NCBI GenBank assembly: GCA_051294375.1
Contig: CM119271.1
Location: 11,110,341-11,174,340, forward strand
Direction of reading: 5' to 3'
Length of the DNA stretch: 64,000 bases
Source of the DNA: Paraspadella gotoi
Taxonomy: Eukaryota; Animalia; Chaetognatha
Both the position numbers and the translations under genes were made by a program. Below are positions 51,545 through 64,000 of the stretch, one piece after another. The first letter of the stretch is position 1. Every line of letters starts with the position of its first letter. A model generated the notes under the pieces. It did not search any database. It was not told the DNA's origin and saw only the letters and a program-made list of their open reading frames with translations.

Positions 51545-52050
51545 TGGGATGGGCTGGAAGCGGATCGAGTATTTGAGAGCGGGGAGGCTGAGTGATTGAT
51601 ATTTGAGTGAAGATGGGCTGGAGCGGATCGGTATTAGAGCGAGGAGCGGTGGAGGATTGATATTGTAGAGGGAGAAAAGGGCTTGAGGCGGAGATATTTA
51701 GAGCGGAAGGGCTGGAGTTGATTGAATAATTGTATAGTAAGCGAGATGGGCTGAGGTGATTGTATTTGGAGTGGGAATTAAGCTGGAGGTGATTGATATT
51801 TGGGTGGAGAATGGCTTGGAGATGATTGAATTTGGAGCGAGTATGAGTATTGGATTGATTTATATGTGGAGTGGTGATATGGAGCTGGAGTTTTTTGAGG
51901 TATTTAAAAGCAAGGAATGTGGCTGGAGTTGATTAAATTTAGAAGCGAGGGATGAGCTGGGAGGGTGATTGTATTAAGTTTGAAGTGAGAATGGGCTGGA
52001 GTATCGATATTTTAGAGCGAGGAAGTGCTGGAGGTGATCGGATATATTGG
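51545..52050 (+). repeat. ~32-bp minisatellite (GATGGGCTGGAG(C/T)GGATCGATATTTAGAGCGA-like), ~15 noisy units
   Basis: Recurrent GGCTGGAG..GAT(C/T)GATATTT..GAG; 51311-51404 is an inverted copy of ~51490-51581. Confidence 0.75.
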
Positions 52051-52589
52051 GATAGGCGCAAAAAAATAATGCCAACCAATAACAATCACTATAAACTATA
52101 ATCCTACTTCACCAATTCTACCCTATCACTCTACCTCCTATTTTCATCCCTAATATTAACTCAAACACAATCACAAACGAAGTCTCAACCTTATTACTAA
52201 CTCTAATGCCTTAATTAAAGATCTAATTGCGATCCTTGCGAAGAATAGGCCTAACACTTGATTTCGAGCATCGTCGAATCAAAATTGCGCCTTTAAGTTC
52301 GAAGCCCAATTGAGGTAAAGAGAAGTTTTGAAGCTCAGGCCAATATAGGGTATAGAGAGTCGTAGCGGTCGGGAAGAATTGGTGAAGGCCGGGGAAAAAA
52401 AATTGTTATTGGTTGAAGAGAGTAAGAGAAGAGAAGAGAGAGAGAGAGAGCAATGAGTAGGAGAGTAGAGAAGGAGAGGAGAGAGGAGAGAAAGAGGGAG
52501 AGAGAGAGAGTTGAGGAGAGCGGATAAGGAGAATCTAGATGCAAAGAAGGCGAGAAGGCTAAAAAGTCGAGTATGAGAATAGAAATATT

Positions 52590-53520
52590 AGTATCGGGTG
52601 CGGGCGAGAAAGATGTCGATCTTGGAAGAGAGAATCTACGGGATGAGTTGTACTGAGACGGACGACGGATGCGGACGAGAGATCCGGCGAGGATTTTACA
52701 GACGGGAAACGACTTCTATTCTCTCTACTCATCTACTTTCTCTCTAACCTCAGGGTTCTTATCTCTCTCTTCTCTCTCTCTCTCTCTCTCACTCTCCTTT
52801 TCTGGGTTACAAATTAAAGACTTTTTTTGGTTGTCGGGAGGATCTGAATTGGCGAGGGGAGGGAGGTCGAGAGGTGAAGAGAGAAAATCGAAAGATGAGA
52901 GGAGAGAGAGAGAGCGAGAAGAAGGAGAGAGTAAAGAGAGAGAGAGAAGAGTAGACGAGAGACCGAAGCAATTCGGACCAGTGAGTAGAAGTTGGTAATG
53001 GTCGTATTTCAACTCTTTTTCCGTGAGCGGATAGATTTTCCTCGTTTTTTCCTGTTTTTGTTTTGGTTGTTGTTTTTTTTTGGTTTTTTTGTTTTTTTTT
53101 TGGAATTTTATATCTTTGGGTTTCGTTTTTAAGGCGTTGAAGACAGATTTGAAAGAGACTTCGTATGGTTAATAATTAAATCCTGACAATATCGCGTTTC
53201 AAATGTGGTTTTTAATTATTTTTGAAGTAACTTATTAATTGTGATCCTTATTGATTCGAGAAAGAACGTATAAAGAATATTTCCAACTCGAGTCATGTCA
53301 ATAGCATTTATCTTTTTTTGAAAAAATTTATATATCATTTTATACATTTCAGCTTTCTATCGTCTTCATCGGTGAATGATGAGTTTTATGCTTTATTGTA
53401 GTGTTCGTGCATGTGCGCGTTTCACCGTGGACGGTCGTCGTCGTCGTCGTCGTCGTCGTCATTGGTCGTCGTTGAGCGCCGGAAAGAGCGGAAGAGGGAT
53501 TTTTCTTTCTTTCTTTCTCT
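52590..53520 (-). other. Noisy inverted copy of ~49590-50425
   Basis: GTATCGGGTGCGGGCGAGAA at 52591 is the reverse complement of 50400-50419. The (GTC)n tract at ~53434 is the reverse complement of (GAC)n at ~49621. A further forward noisy copy lies at ~55900-56500. Confidence 0.85.
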
Positions 53521-56500
53521 CACTGTTGCATACTTATACCCTTATTTTACGTTATTGAACATTCCTCTTTTTTTCCCTCGTCCTTCAATTGTAGCTGGAT
53601 GCTATTTTTCGCAAAAGGCGAATTTTTGTTTTAAAGCTAATCAGAATCTTTAACCCTAGTTTCTACACGAAAGTTATCCAGAATCATTAACACAATATTA
53701 ACTATGCCCTCCAATCCCTACATTAAAATTCATCTTCTATATTTTAAACATTAATTTTTGGTGGATACATCCGCAAACCGTTCGCGCGTCCATTTTATTT
53801 AGTAAGTTTTGAACTTTGGATTGGGCATAGTTCATTAACTAAGGTAGGTAGACTACGCTAATGCCCTAAATCCTAAATTCCTTTTTTTTTCCTGCCCTTT
53901 TTCCTTTCTGTAATGACCTCTACTTCCCCAAGGTAACTCACACTATTCCACTCCCTTACCCCTACTTCCCCAAATAAAAAACCCAAAACGAGTGCTCGCA
54001 AATTCGCGTTCTCATGCTTTCAGAAAGTGGATACAAAACTGGAAACGAGGGCTGGGCCCCCTTTCACCCTCCCTTCCCGCTTTCTCACCTTATCTCTCTC
54101 CCCTCTCAGCTTTTTCCCCCAATATCAAAAGCAACACGACGAGACCAAGCGCAAGACAAAAGAATACAGCAAGACTGGAACTGAAGTTTCGTGAGCATTT
54201 AGTTCTGTCAATCACGACGCAGCAGAGACAGACGTTTTGTTTCTCCCAAGGATGCAGACATAAGAAGAGTAGAGGAGAGAGAAAAAGAAGAAAGAAGAAG
54301 AGATCAGATGTAGAAGAGTGAGAGAGAGAGAGAGAGAGAACGGAGAAGAGAGAGATGAGAGAGATAGAACTGAGAGAGAATTGAGAGAGAGAAAGAGAGA
54401 GAGAGGGCGTAGGAGGGTGGGGACGGCATGTGGGATGTCAAACGCACAGAAAAGGGAAGTTAGTTCGGTATGGTCCGTTGTTGTTCGTTCTCTGTTTTGG
54501 GCTTGGAAAACGAGGGGCGTTGCGGTGCGTGAATTGATAGACCTACAAAAATGGCTTCAGGGCAGTCATGTCTGAACCGACGTTCTTGTCCGTGTGTTGT
54601 TGTTGTCGCGTTGCCGTCGTCTGTCTGTTCTGTCTTTGTTCTTATTCTCGCAGTCCTTACTTTGTGGGCGCTTTACAGTCAATCGGAAGTATCAGGGGAT
54701 CTATCTACTATGGTAGTGAACAGGTGGTAATAAGGGGAAGGGTGTGAACGGGGGGCCGCTTCCGTCACGGTTTTGGTATCCTTTCTGAGAAATGAGAAAG
54801 CGAAAATTTGCGAGGTCTCTTCGTCTCTTCGGGTGTTCTCTCGTTCTACTTTTTCGTCGGGAAGGTGGGTAAGGGAGATCGTGTTAAGAATTTGCAGTTG
54901 TTGATCGTTATTTTGTTCATTGCCTGCGGTTTCTCATATTAGGTAACAAGTGGCATTACTTCTATACTTAAGACGGAGGAACAATATTATGAAGTTTTGC
55001 CGAATTTTTAGTGGTTCTGAGTAGCGTTTAATATCTAGTGATCGCACTACGGCATAATGTCATACGATTCAAAACTACTCGATAAATGTAGGCCGATACG
55101 TTCGCGGGATTTGTCTCCAAAAATCTATTGTTCTAAAATCGTTTATCTTAGGCTCAGATTGTATACTTTTAAATGCGTTATGGGATGTTCTTTGGGTTTT
55201 AGGGGCTGGTTTATAGTATTTGGTTATATGATTTTGGATAGCTTGGTTGTACGAACTAGGTGTACATCATGGGTCATTCGCCTGGTTAGGTCTGTTTTAG
55301 CACACAGTAAATTCGTGCGCTTTTGGAATATAGTCTAGTCAGCTTGTAGGGTCGAGGTGAATTAAGAGTGAAGGTTCTATAGTAAATCTCAATCTGGGTA
55401 AGTGCAAGTGAAGTGAGAGATGACGTACGTTGTCATACAGATAAAATTTCTTCTGCTGTTCTCTTCCGTCTCCTTTTTTCTTCTCTTCGGTGCTTCAAAC
55501 GACGATCTCTACCTCAATCTGAGTAATTTGCTCTCCGCAGTCAATTCGACGGATGACGACGTTCGGAGGTTCAGCCGGCGAATGGACCGTAAACAGTCAC
55601 TACTTCATAGTAATGCGTAGAATATTCATCAACGTTATTTGAAGAGATTAGACAATGGCTGATTGCCTATTCGTAATCTATGCTCTCCATCTCTTTTATT
55701 CTCCTTCTTCTTTCTTCTTCTTCTCTCTTCTCTCTCTCTGTCTGATACTCTCTGCTAAATCTTGATTCTATCTGCGCGCTTATCTCTTAAAAGTCATTTC
55801 ATGCGAACCTCATCGACCTGGAATGAACAGTCCTGATGTTGCTCATAATTATTTTATTTAAAGCTTCTTTCTCTGGAATCAATAAAGAGAACTAATATAA
55901 TGCTATTCAAAATTATGATAATAAGCATTTTGAAAAAAAGCGTTTGTAGATTTAGATTATTTAATCTATACAGAAGTCTTTAGAAAATACTCTGTATTTT
56001 CAACGCTTAAAAGCAACAGACCAAATAATTAAATTACAAAATCAAAAAAATAAAAAACAAAACCAAACCAATAAACGCGATGAAAACTGAGAATTCCGCG
56101 GTCAACGGACTTAAAAATGAGTTGAATGGACCATACAATTTCCCTTGGCGATTGCTTTCGGGTCTCTCTTCTCTTCTCTCTCTTCTTCTCTTCTTCCTCT
56201 CTCTTCCTCTCCCCTCTCTCTCTATTTGATTTTTCTCTTTCATCTCGATCCCTTCATTCAATCCGAGAAAAAAAAGTTTTAATTGTCAACAGAAAAGATG
56301 AAGCAGAAGAGGAGTATGTAGTGAGAGAGAGAGAGAGAGAGGGAGAGAAGAGATGGAGGCAGATTGAGAGTAGGGGAATTAGACAGTCGTTCCCGCGTTC
56401 TCGTCGTCCGTCTAGTCTCTGGTATCTTCCTAGTATAAGATGCTCGATTTTCTCCTCAAGATCCGACGATTTTCTCGCGCTACCCCGACTCTTTTTTATT

Positions 56501-59500
56501 CTTTTTTTTTTGTCCTCCCTCTTTCTCTCTCTTTCTCTTTCTCTCTCTCTCCCTTACTCTGCTCTCTCTGATTCTCGAACAAGATGGGCTTCTCTCTCTA
56601 CTCTTCTCTCTCTGTCTTCTCCCTCTCTTCTCATCTGCTCTAAAAGCATTCACGACAACTCCTCTCATTCTCTTCTCTTTCTCGATCCAATTTGACATCA
56701 AACGATCATTCTTCCGCCTTTTCCGCCCCCCCTTAGCCCCTCCGAAAAATACAGAACGCAGATTTCCGTTCGCAAATCATATGTTGAGTTGTTCCGTTGT
56801 TATACAATTTGATAATAAGTGTTTTTAACCATAGAGATCTGGTAAAACAATAATAAAATTAATCGCCATTAAGTTGACTAATAGCGTATCTTTGGCCACT
56901 GATTTGGAGCATGTCGTGATGGTTCAAGGCCTCCATCAATCTTGCAAGCTTTTCATCAAACTCTCTTACAGTCTCGTTTATTATTCCAGATGTTGGCTTC
57001 CTATCAGATGAATATATGGTTCCATTGGGATTCCTCGAACAGGATTCCCCCGCGGTGGATTNNNNNNNNNNNNNNNNNNNNNNNNNGTGGGAGGTGGGAA
57101 AGGGGACGATGGTGGAAAAGGGCGGGAAGGGAGAAAGGAGAGAAAGGGGAAAGGGGAGAAGCACGGGGTAAAAGGGAAGGTGGAAAAATGGAGAGGTTGT
57201 GGAAATAAAAGGAGGATGTAGAAAAATAGGGATGTGGAACCAGAGGATGTGGAAAGACAGGGATGTGGAAACAAAGGATGTGGAAAGAGAGGGATGTGGA
57301 AAGAGAGAGATGTGATGGAAAAGATGGGGGGAAAATAGTTTAAAAAAAATAAAAACGAGAAACTGCGAAGTTGGTTCGATGAACAAATTATATTCGAATA
57401 TTCAAATATTCAAATTCGGCTCAGATAATGGTTTAAAAACGTAAGTGAAAATTAGAATTAAAGTGAAAGATTATGTACAACGAACTGAATAGAAACAATT
57501 CATTGATTAACGTTTTAAAACAACGCCACTTTTTTTTTTCCAGCACCTTGATATTTTATCGGAGTATGGATCCAGCACAAAAATACATATCCCGCCAATC
57601 AACCAGTTCCTACTCTTATCCACGCCCTTTCTACAGAGCCCTACGGAAATTCACGAAAGAGAGAGAGAGAGAGGACCAGAGAGAGAGAGGAGAAGAGAAG
57701 CTGAGAGAGAAGGAGAGAGGAGAGAAGAGAGGAGGAGAAAGACTAAAAGAGCCGACCGAAAAAACAAACGAAAAAAGAAAAAAAAAAAAAAATAGAAAAA
57801 AAAGAGAAAAAAAAAACGCCGGAGACCTCTCACCTCCCTCTCTCTTCCCAACACCAGGGGACGGCCCGGCCACACCCCGGGCGCTCGGCCGAATGAAATT
57901 AATCTCCTCTGTTTAATAAATAAACCAGCGCACAAATATCATTCCGCAGGAATCCTAATGAAGAAGAATGAAACCTCTAATTTAAAATGATTTGCCTAAT
58001 ATTTGAATCTTTCCGCTCGGCGACGGCTGGCCGTTTTTTTTTTTTTTCCCCCTGCTGCTCCGTCCTGCCGCAGCTTCGTCCTCCCCGCGACTACGCCGCC
58101 CTGCCATATAACAGAAGGATCAGCGAGATTTTAAAGGTTTTTTTGGAGAGTACGAAACGTGGCCGATCAAACAAAATTGAAAAGTCTTGATTTATATTTG
58201 ATGTCTTACACATGTTTCAATTCTAATGAATATGAAGGAAAAAAAAAGTTTTCATGGGTACACAATTAAAATGATATCTAATGTCGATCCATTATAAAAA
58301 ACTAGGAATTAGTTCATATTAAAATTAGTTCTCCCGTCCGTTTTCTCCTCCTAACAAAAAAAATCCACCAAGTCGCGGCTTGTGCCGATCCGACCTAGGG
58401 AAGCCCGCCGCCACCTCCCACCGCCAAGCCGCGGCTTTTGACCGACAACCGCCGGCCCCGTAACAATCCGACGCTCGCCAAAGACCCCCGCTCAAAGAGC
58501 GGAATAAAAATCAATATAAACCAAATAGTTTCTTTTTTAAAGCGGACAGAAAGCGAGAACAGCAGGAAGAGAGACGCGGAACAAGAAGTGAGGAAGAGGC
58601 TCATCTGGCGACGGGGGAGAGTCAGGCGGCGTTGGGCGCAGTCGGTTAATCGTGACTTCAGCGCCCGACTCGCTCGACGTCTTGGCTAAGAGGGAGCGGC
58701 GCGTCTTGCACCTTCTCGACGGACTACATCAACTCCTCAGACAACCTGTTGCTCGCTCCCATACATTCCCCTTGTCATAATTCTTCTTCACTTTCCTCTC
58801 GCCCTCCGGCAATCACGAATTTCATATAATTAGAGGTGTTGATAGGTGACCTGAGCAAGAAACCAGCAGAAGAGAGACCCGAGAAGAGATCGAGACGGAG
58901 AGAGAGACGACGGATGAAGAGGATGTGAGAAGAAGAGAGGTGCCAAGAGTGGGCAATCAAGACCGGTTTACAAATATAAAAGCTTCGTGCGTTGTCAGAC
59001 GACAAAAAAAGTGTATTGAGAAAGTTTGAAATTATGTTTTGAGAAAAGTTAATATACCAAAGGCTTTGAACATAGACAGAGAATGGAGAGAAATATAAAA
59101 ATAAATTAAAGAGAGGAGATGCGATGAGCAAGCTGAGAGTGACGAGTTCGACGAGAGAGAGCGACCGAGAAGTGAAGAGAGAAAGAAAAAAAAAAAAAAA
59201 AGAGGAGAGGGGGAGAGTACCAAGAGACTGAGGAGAGAGCAAAGAAAGAAACAGGAAAAAAGGTACCCAATGAAAAGAGAAACCGGGATATTTGAGGAGG
59301 AAGCTAGGTTAAAAGTTAGCGGAGAATCGGATATAAATAAAAAGATGGGTAAATAAGAAAAGAATAACGAAATCCAAGAAAGTTGCTAAAAAGTTTTCCG
59401 ATGGATAATGAGGGAGGAAGAAGGGAGGAATAAAGTGAACGTCCAAGTTCCTTTTTTTTGTTAAAACCAAAAAAAGGAAAACCTGATAAACCGGGGATTA

Positions 59501-62275
59501 ACGCGTAACAATTAAAGGGGTGCTTAGGAAAATCAAGAGTGGCTCCCTCTCAATGGAGAGAGAGAGATGCTAGAGACGCGGTGGATGACTCAGTCGGCGC
59601 GCTGAATCCTTGAGAGAGCCAGGGAGGTCGGATAGAGACGGAGAGAGAGAGTGAGTTCCTCGAGAGCTAGGAGTCGACACGCTCTGCTGACTCGAGTTGA
59701 GATGCCTCTTCGGAAGGGATTCCAATAACTACTGCAAACAGATAAGAGACAAATTCACAACCTGTCTTCTTTCTCTCTGTCTCTTTGCTCTCTCTCAGCT
59801 TTCTCTCTCTTTTTCTTCTCCATTCCATGTAACCCTCCTTTTGTCTTCCCCGATATAAAAGGATCTCTTACCATCTCCCACCCTTCTCCTCTCCCCCTTT
59901 TCTCTCCCTCCCCCCATCCTCAGGGCCCATGAGACGCCGAGTTAGAAAAATGAAATCTCATCGAGTAAATATCCGTCTAAGCAGGAGACCCCCAATTCTT
60001 TCCGCCTAATAATATCGCTAGAGGGCGCTGGCCGATGCTCCGGAGAGATTTAAGCCGGCCGCGAAGGGTTTGGCAAATTAGGCCGATGAATTGGGAGGAA
60101 TGGCGCGGTGCTACGACCTAGTAATAGCTAGAATAGCCGGAATTTAGGGCCTCTCTAGTGGCTTGTAGTCGGACCGTATGTCGGCACCTCAGTCCGTTAG
60201 AATCTTAAAAGCATAGGCCTTGGTCACGCTTTTATCTGAGTGGTCCTGGCGTTAGTATCCACCAGATCTATAACAAATACCAGTCTTCTCGCGTAATCGT
60301 TGCCATTGAAATCGGGTTTTTGCGAAAAAAAAAAAAAACAAAAAAAATAGAGAACCACCAGATTAACTTGTTGGTGAGCATTAACCTTTGGTGACAGACG
60401 ATGAGGTGGGACGAGTCTCTCTTTAACATTTCTAGTAGTGCTGTTGGAGGAAGAGATACCATTCCAGAAGAGTACTCATCGAATTCCAAAAACTCCTCCA
60501 CCGTTTCTTCTATCCCTGATCAAATCTCCATACGACAGGGATTTCATCCATAAGTCGTGCTCTGGAATTTTTTAACCACTTATTTTATTCTCTTTATTTT
60601 TCTATGTTCTTCATCATACTCTTTTTGTGTGAGTTTTCGATCTTTATATTTTTCTCTCTCTATATCCTGGAAATTTTGTTTGCGCTGTCTATCCCACTCC
60701 ACTACATAAAACATTTATCCGATTAATTTCTAATAAAAGGGTCTTATCTCTTTCTGTTCCTTATCTATTTTTTGGAACTATTCCCTTAAAGGACATTTTG
60801 GCTCTTCTTCCTAAGAGACCCTCTTCTCTCTCCCTATTCTTCCTCCCATCTCCCTGGTCCATACACTACCTTTCCACTTCAAGGATACCCTCTCTTAGCC
60901 GCACTGTGAGTTTTGTCTTCTATTTTCTCCTCATCGAAAGGTTTCTAGTCTACCCCTGATTTTTATTCGTCTCCCCTAATTACCCCCGATAGGAGGCGGC
61001 GAAGGTAAGTTCATGATATTCTCAAGAAAGTTTCATTGTATGAAAAGACCCACTCCCTGTTTAATGATTTTGTTCGTCCGGAGAGTTTCAAAGTAATATG
61101 TGATAGACTATATTGTACTCGCCCCCGGCACCAGCATCATCGTTTTTTCTTCTGGTGTGAATTGTAGGTGAGAGATATAGAAGGACCGCACGGGAATAAG
61201 ACTCGTGGTCATTGCGCACGAAAAGGACACGATTTGGAGGCACATCCGACGGATGAGCTATAGATATAAGAACATGGAGAAGATGAGATTTTTAAAAAAC
61301 TTCTCCGCCGAACAAGAACGAATAAGTGTGGCAACCGGATGGGTTGGGACGTGAGGCGAGGTGTTGATAATCGCCACGAAAAAAATCCATTTTCGTGTAA
61401 ATAGAAGGACGGGAGAGACGTAAACGAATAATCTATGTAAAGTACAATGTGTTAGAGAGATTTGCTATATCACGTGGCTTCACCTGTCGATTTCCGCCGG
61501 GGGAGAGATCGAGGGAGAGATGGAATGAGAAGAGAGAGTGCGAGAGAGTGGATGACGAAAAGAAAAAAGATATATTTATTTATATTATTGAGTACGAGAA
61601 TGAGAGAGATGAATTTGAATTTACACCGATTTTATTAGTAGTTGGACGGGATGTTGGTATTCAAGCAATTAATGACATTCAAATAATAGAGAATTTTGTT
61701 GCAAGATAAGAAGAGTGGATGGAATGAGGAGAGGAAAGTAGAGGAAAGGTAGCTCCCGGAAGGCTTTATAATTCTTAACACGGGGTCTCCATTTCAAAGC
61801 AACCATATTTTCGATCAAGAGATATACCTATGGGACCCCTTAAAAGAAGGAGATGAGGGACCGGGGAAGAAGCAACTGAAGAAGGAGCAGGGACTCAGTT
61901 TCGATTGAGGGACGAAAAAATAAAAAGGGGGATCGAGATTGTAAACCGGAAATTTGGAGTGAAAACAATAAAATTAAGACAAGCATTTGGAAGATTAAGA
62001 GAACAACCATTGAGAGTTTAAATCAGGCGATAGAGTGTGATGTCGGTCATAAAAGAGGGGTAAGAAAAACGAACATATTTGTGATCCAAGCCCGAAAGAT
62101 CTCTATCTAAGTCCAGGGATTTGCGAAGGACCAAGGTGAATGTTAAGTGGTTCCGAAGATGCGGTTAGTCAACAGGCGACAGTCGGTTTCTATATATAAA
62201 ACGAAAAGGAAGTAACGGGCATTCTATAAGAATTCTGCCCTCAATGGTGTNNNNNNNNNNNNNNNNNNNNNNNNN

Positions 62276-64000
62276 AATCCACCGCGGGGGAATCCTGTTC
62301 GAGGAATCCCAATGGAACCATATATTCATCTGATAGGAAGCCAACATCTGGAATAATAAACGAGACTGTAAGAGAGTTTGATGAAAAGCTTGCAAGATTG
62401 ATGGAGGCCTTGAACCATCACGACATGCTCCAAATCAGTGGCCAAAGATACGCTATTAGTCAACTTAATGGCGATTAATTTTATTATTGTTTTACCAGAT
62501 CTCTATGGTTAAAAACACTTATTATCAAATTGTATAACAACGGAACAACTCAACATATGATTTGCGAACGGAAATCTGCGTTCTGTATTTTTCGGAGGGG
62601 CTAAGGGGGGGCGGAAAAGGCGGAAGAATGATCGTTTGATGTCAAATTGGATCGAGAAAGAGAAGAGAATGAGAGGAGTTGTCGTGAATGCTTTTAGAGC
62701 AGATGAGAAGAGAGGGAGAAGACAGAGAGAGAAGAGTAGAGAGAGAAGCCCATCTTGTTCGAGAATCAGAGAGAGCAGAGTAAGGGAGAGAGAGAGAAAG
62801 AGAAAGAGAGAGAAAGAGGGAGGACAAAAAAAAAAGAATAAAAAAGAGTCGGGGTAGCGCGAGAAAATCGTCGGATCTTGAGGAGAAAATCGAGCATCTT
62901 ATACTAGGAAGATACCAGAGACTAGACGGACGACGAGAACGCGGGAACGACTGTCTAATTCCCCTACTCTCAATCTGCCTCCATCTCTTCTCTCCCTCTC
63001 TCTCTCTCTCTCTCACTACATACTCCTCTTCTGCTTCATCTTTTCTGTTGACAATTAAAACTTTTTTTTCTCGGATTGAATGAAGGGATCGAGATGAAAG
63101 AGAAAAATCAAATAGAGAGAGAGGGGAGAGGAAGAGAGAGGAAGAAGAGAAGAAGAGAGAGAAGAGAAGAGAGACCCGAAAGCAATCGCCAAGGGAAATT
63201 GTATGGTCCATTCAACTCATTTTTAAGTCCGTTGACCGCGGAATTCTCAGTTTTCATCGCGTTTATTGGTTTGGTTTTGTTTTTTATTTTTTTGATTTTG
63301 TAATTTAATTATTTGGTCTGTTGCTTTTAAGCGTTGAAAATACAGAGTATTTTCTAAAGACTTCTGTATAGATTAAATAATCTAAATCTACAAACGCTTT
63401 TTTTCAAAATGCTTATTATCATAATTTTGAATAGCATTATATTAGTTCTCTTTATTGATTCCAGAGAAAGAAGCTTTAAATAAAATAATTATGAGCAACA
63501 TCAGGACTGTTCATTCCAGGTCGATGAGGTTCGCATGAAATGACTTTTAAGAGATAAGCGCGCAGATAGAATCAAGATTTAGCAGAGAGTATCAGACAGA
63601 GAGAGAGAAGAGAGAAGAAGAAGAAAGAAGAAGGAGAATAAAAGAGATGGAGAGCATAGATTACGAATAGGCAATCAGCCATTGTCTAATCTCTTCAAAT
63701 AACGTTGATGAATATTCTACGCATTACTATGAAGTAGTGACTGTTTACGGTCCATTCGCCGGCTGAACCTCCGAACGTCGTCATCCGTCGAATTGACTGC
63801 GGAGAGCAAATTACTCAGATTGAGGTAGAGATCGTCGTTTGAAGCACCGAAGAGAAGAAAAAAGGAGACGGAAGAGAACAGCAGAAGAAATTTTATCTGT
63901 ATGACAACGTACGTCATCTCTCACTTCACTTGCACTTACCCAGATTGAGATTTACTATAGAACCTTCACTCTTAATTCACCTCGACCCTACAAGCTGACT
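62276..64000 (-). other. Exact inverted duplicate of 55337-57061 (1725 bp, truncated by the window end)
   Basis: Mirrored identical ORF translations and matching end points; both copies abut 25-N gaps (57062-57086 and 62251-62275). Confidence 0.95.

Noticed and set aside
57340-62250. Possible genes in GC-rich and mixed sequence (e.g. ORF 60268-60501)
   Set aside because: The sequence appears to be uncorrected read between two 25-N gaps; no recognisable motif or consistent splice structure.
55337-64000. Giant transposon (Polinton or foldback) with >1.7-kb terminal inverted repeats
   Set aside because: Both arms are identical, including read-type indels relative to cleaner copies at ~49850-50425, and both end exactly at 25-N gaps. 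This fits the same read being used twice; no transposon ORFs lie between them.

Overview
Repeat-rich eukaryotic (probably invertebrate) scaffold with abundant CpG, long GA/CT and pentamer microsatellites, many N gaps and no intact long ORF. Almost all listed ORFs are low-complexity or N-spanning artefacts. Six gaps of exactly 25 N and indel-riddled, partly inverted re-occurrences of the same segments indicate gap-filling with uncorrected long reads. The locus ~7-18 kb is present 2-4 times within 7-39 kb, and 44-64 kb is a patchwork of direct and inverted re-reads. That redundancy can be used as independent evidence. Best-supported biology: (1) a non-coding tandem-array miniature LTR retrotransposon (TRIM-like, 10035-11198, minus strand) with 3 LTRs, 2 internal regions, tRNA-Trp-type PBS, PPT and probable AAGA TSD. 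It recurs in a second noisy read and is absent from a third read across the same site (empty allele). (2) A 6x13-bp ETS-consensus array joined to a nine-unit ~27-bp conserved-head/variable-tail array. (3) Error-disrupted exons of a probable LRR gene with a 38-nt intron and of a possible WD40 gene. (4) A tRNA-derived SINE-like head. Coordinates in noisy segments are approximate, and all alignments were done by eye.
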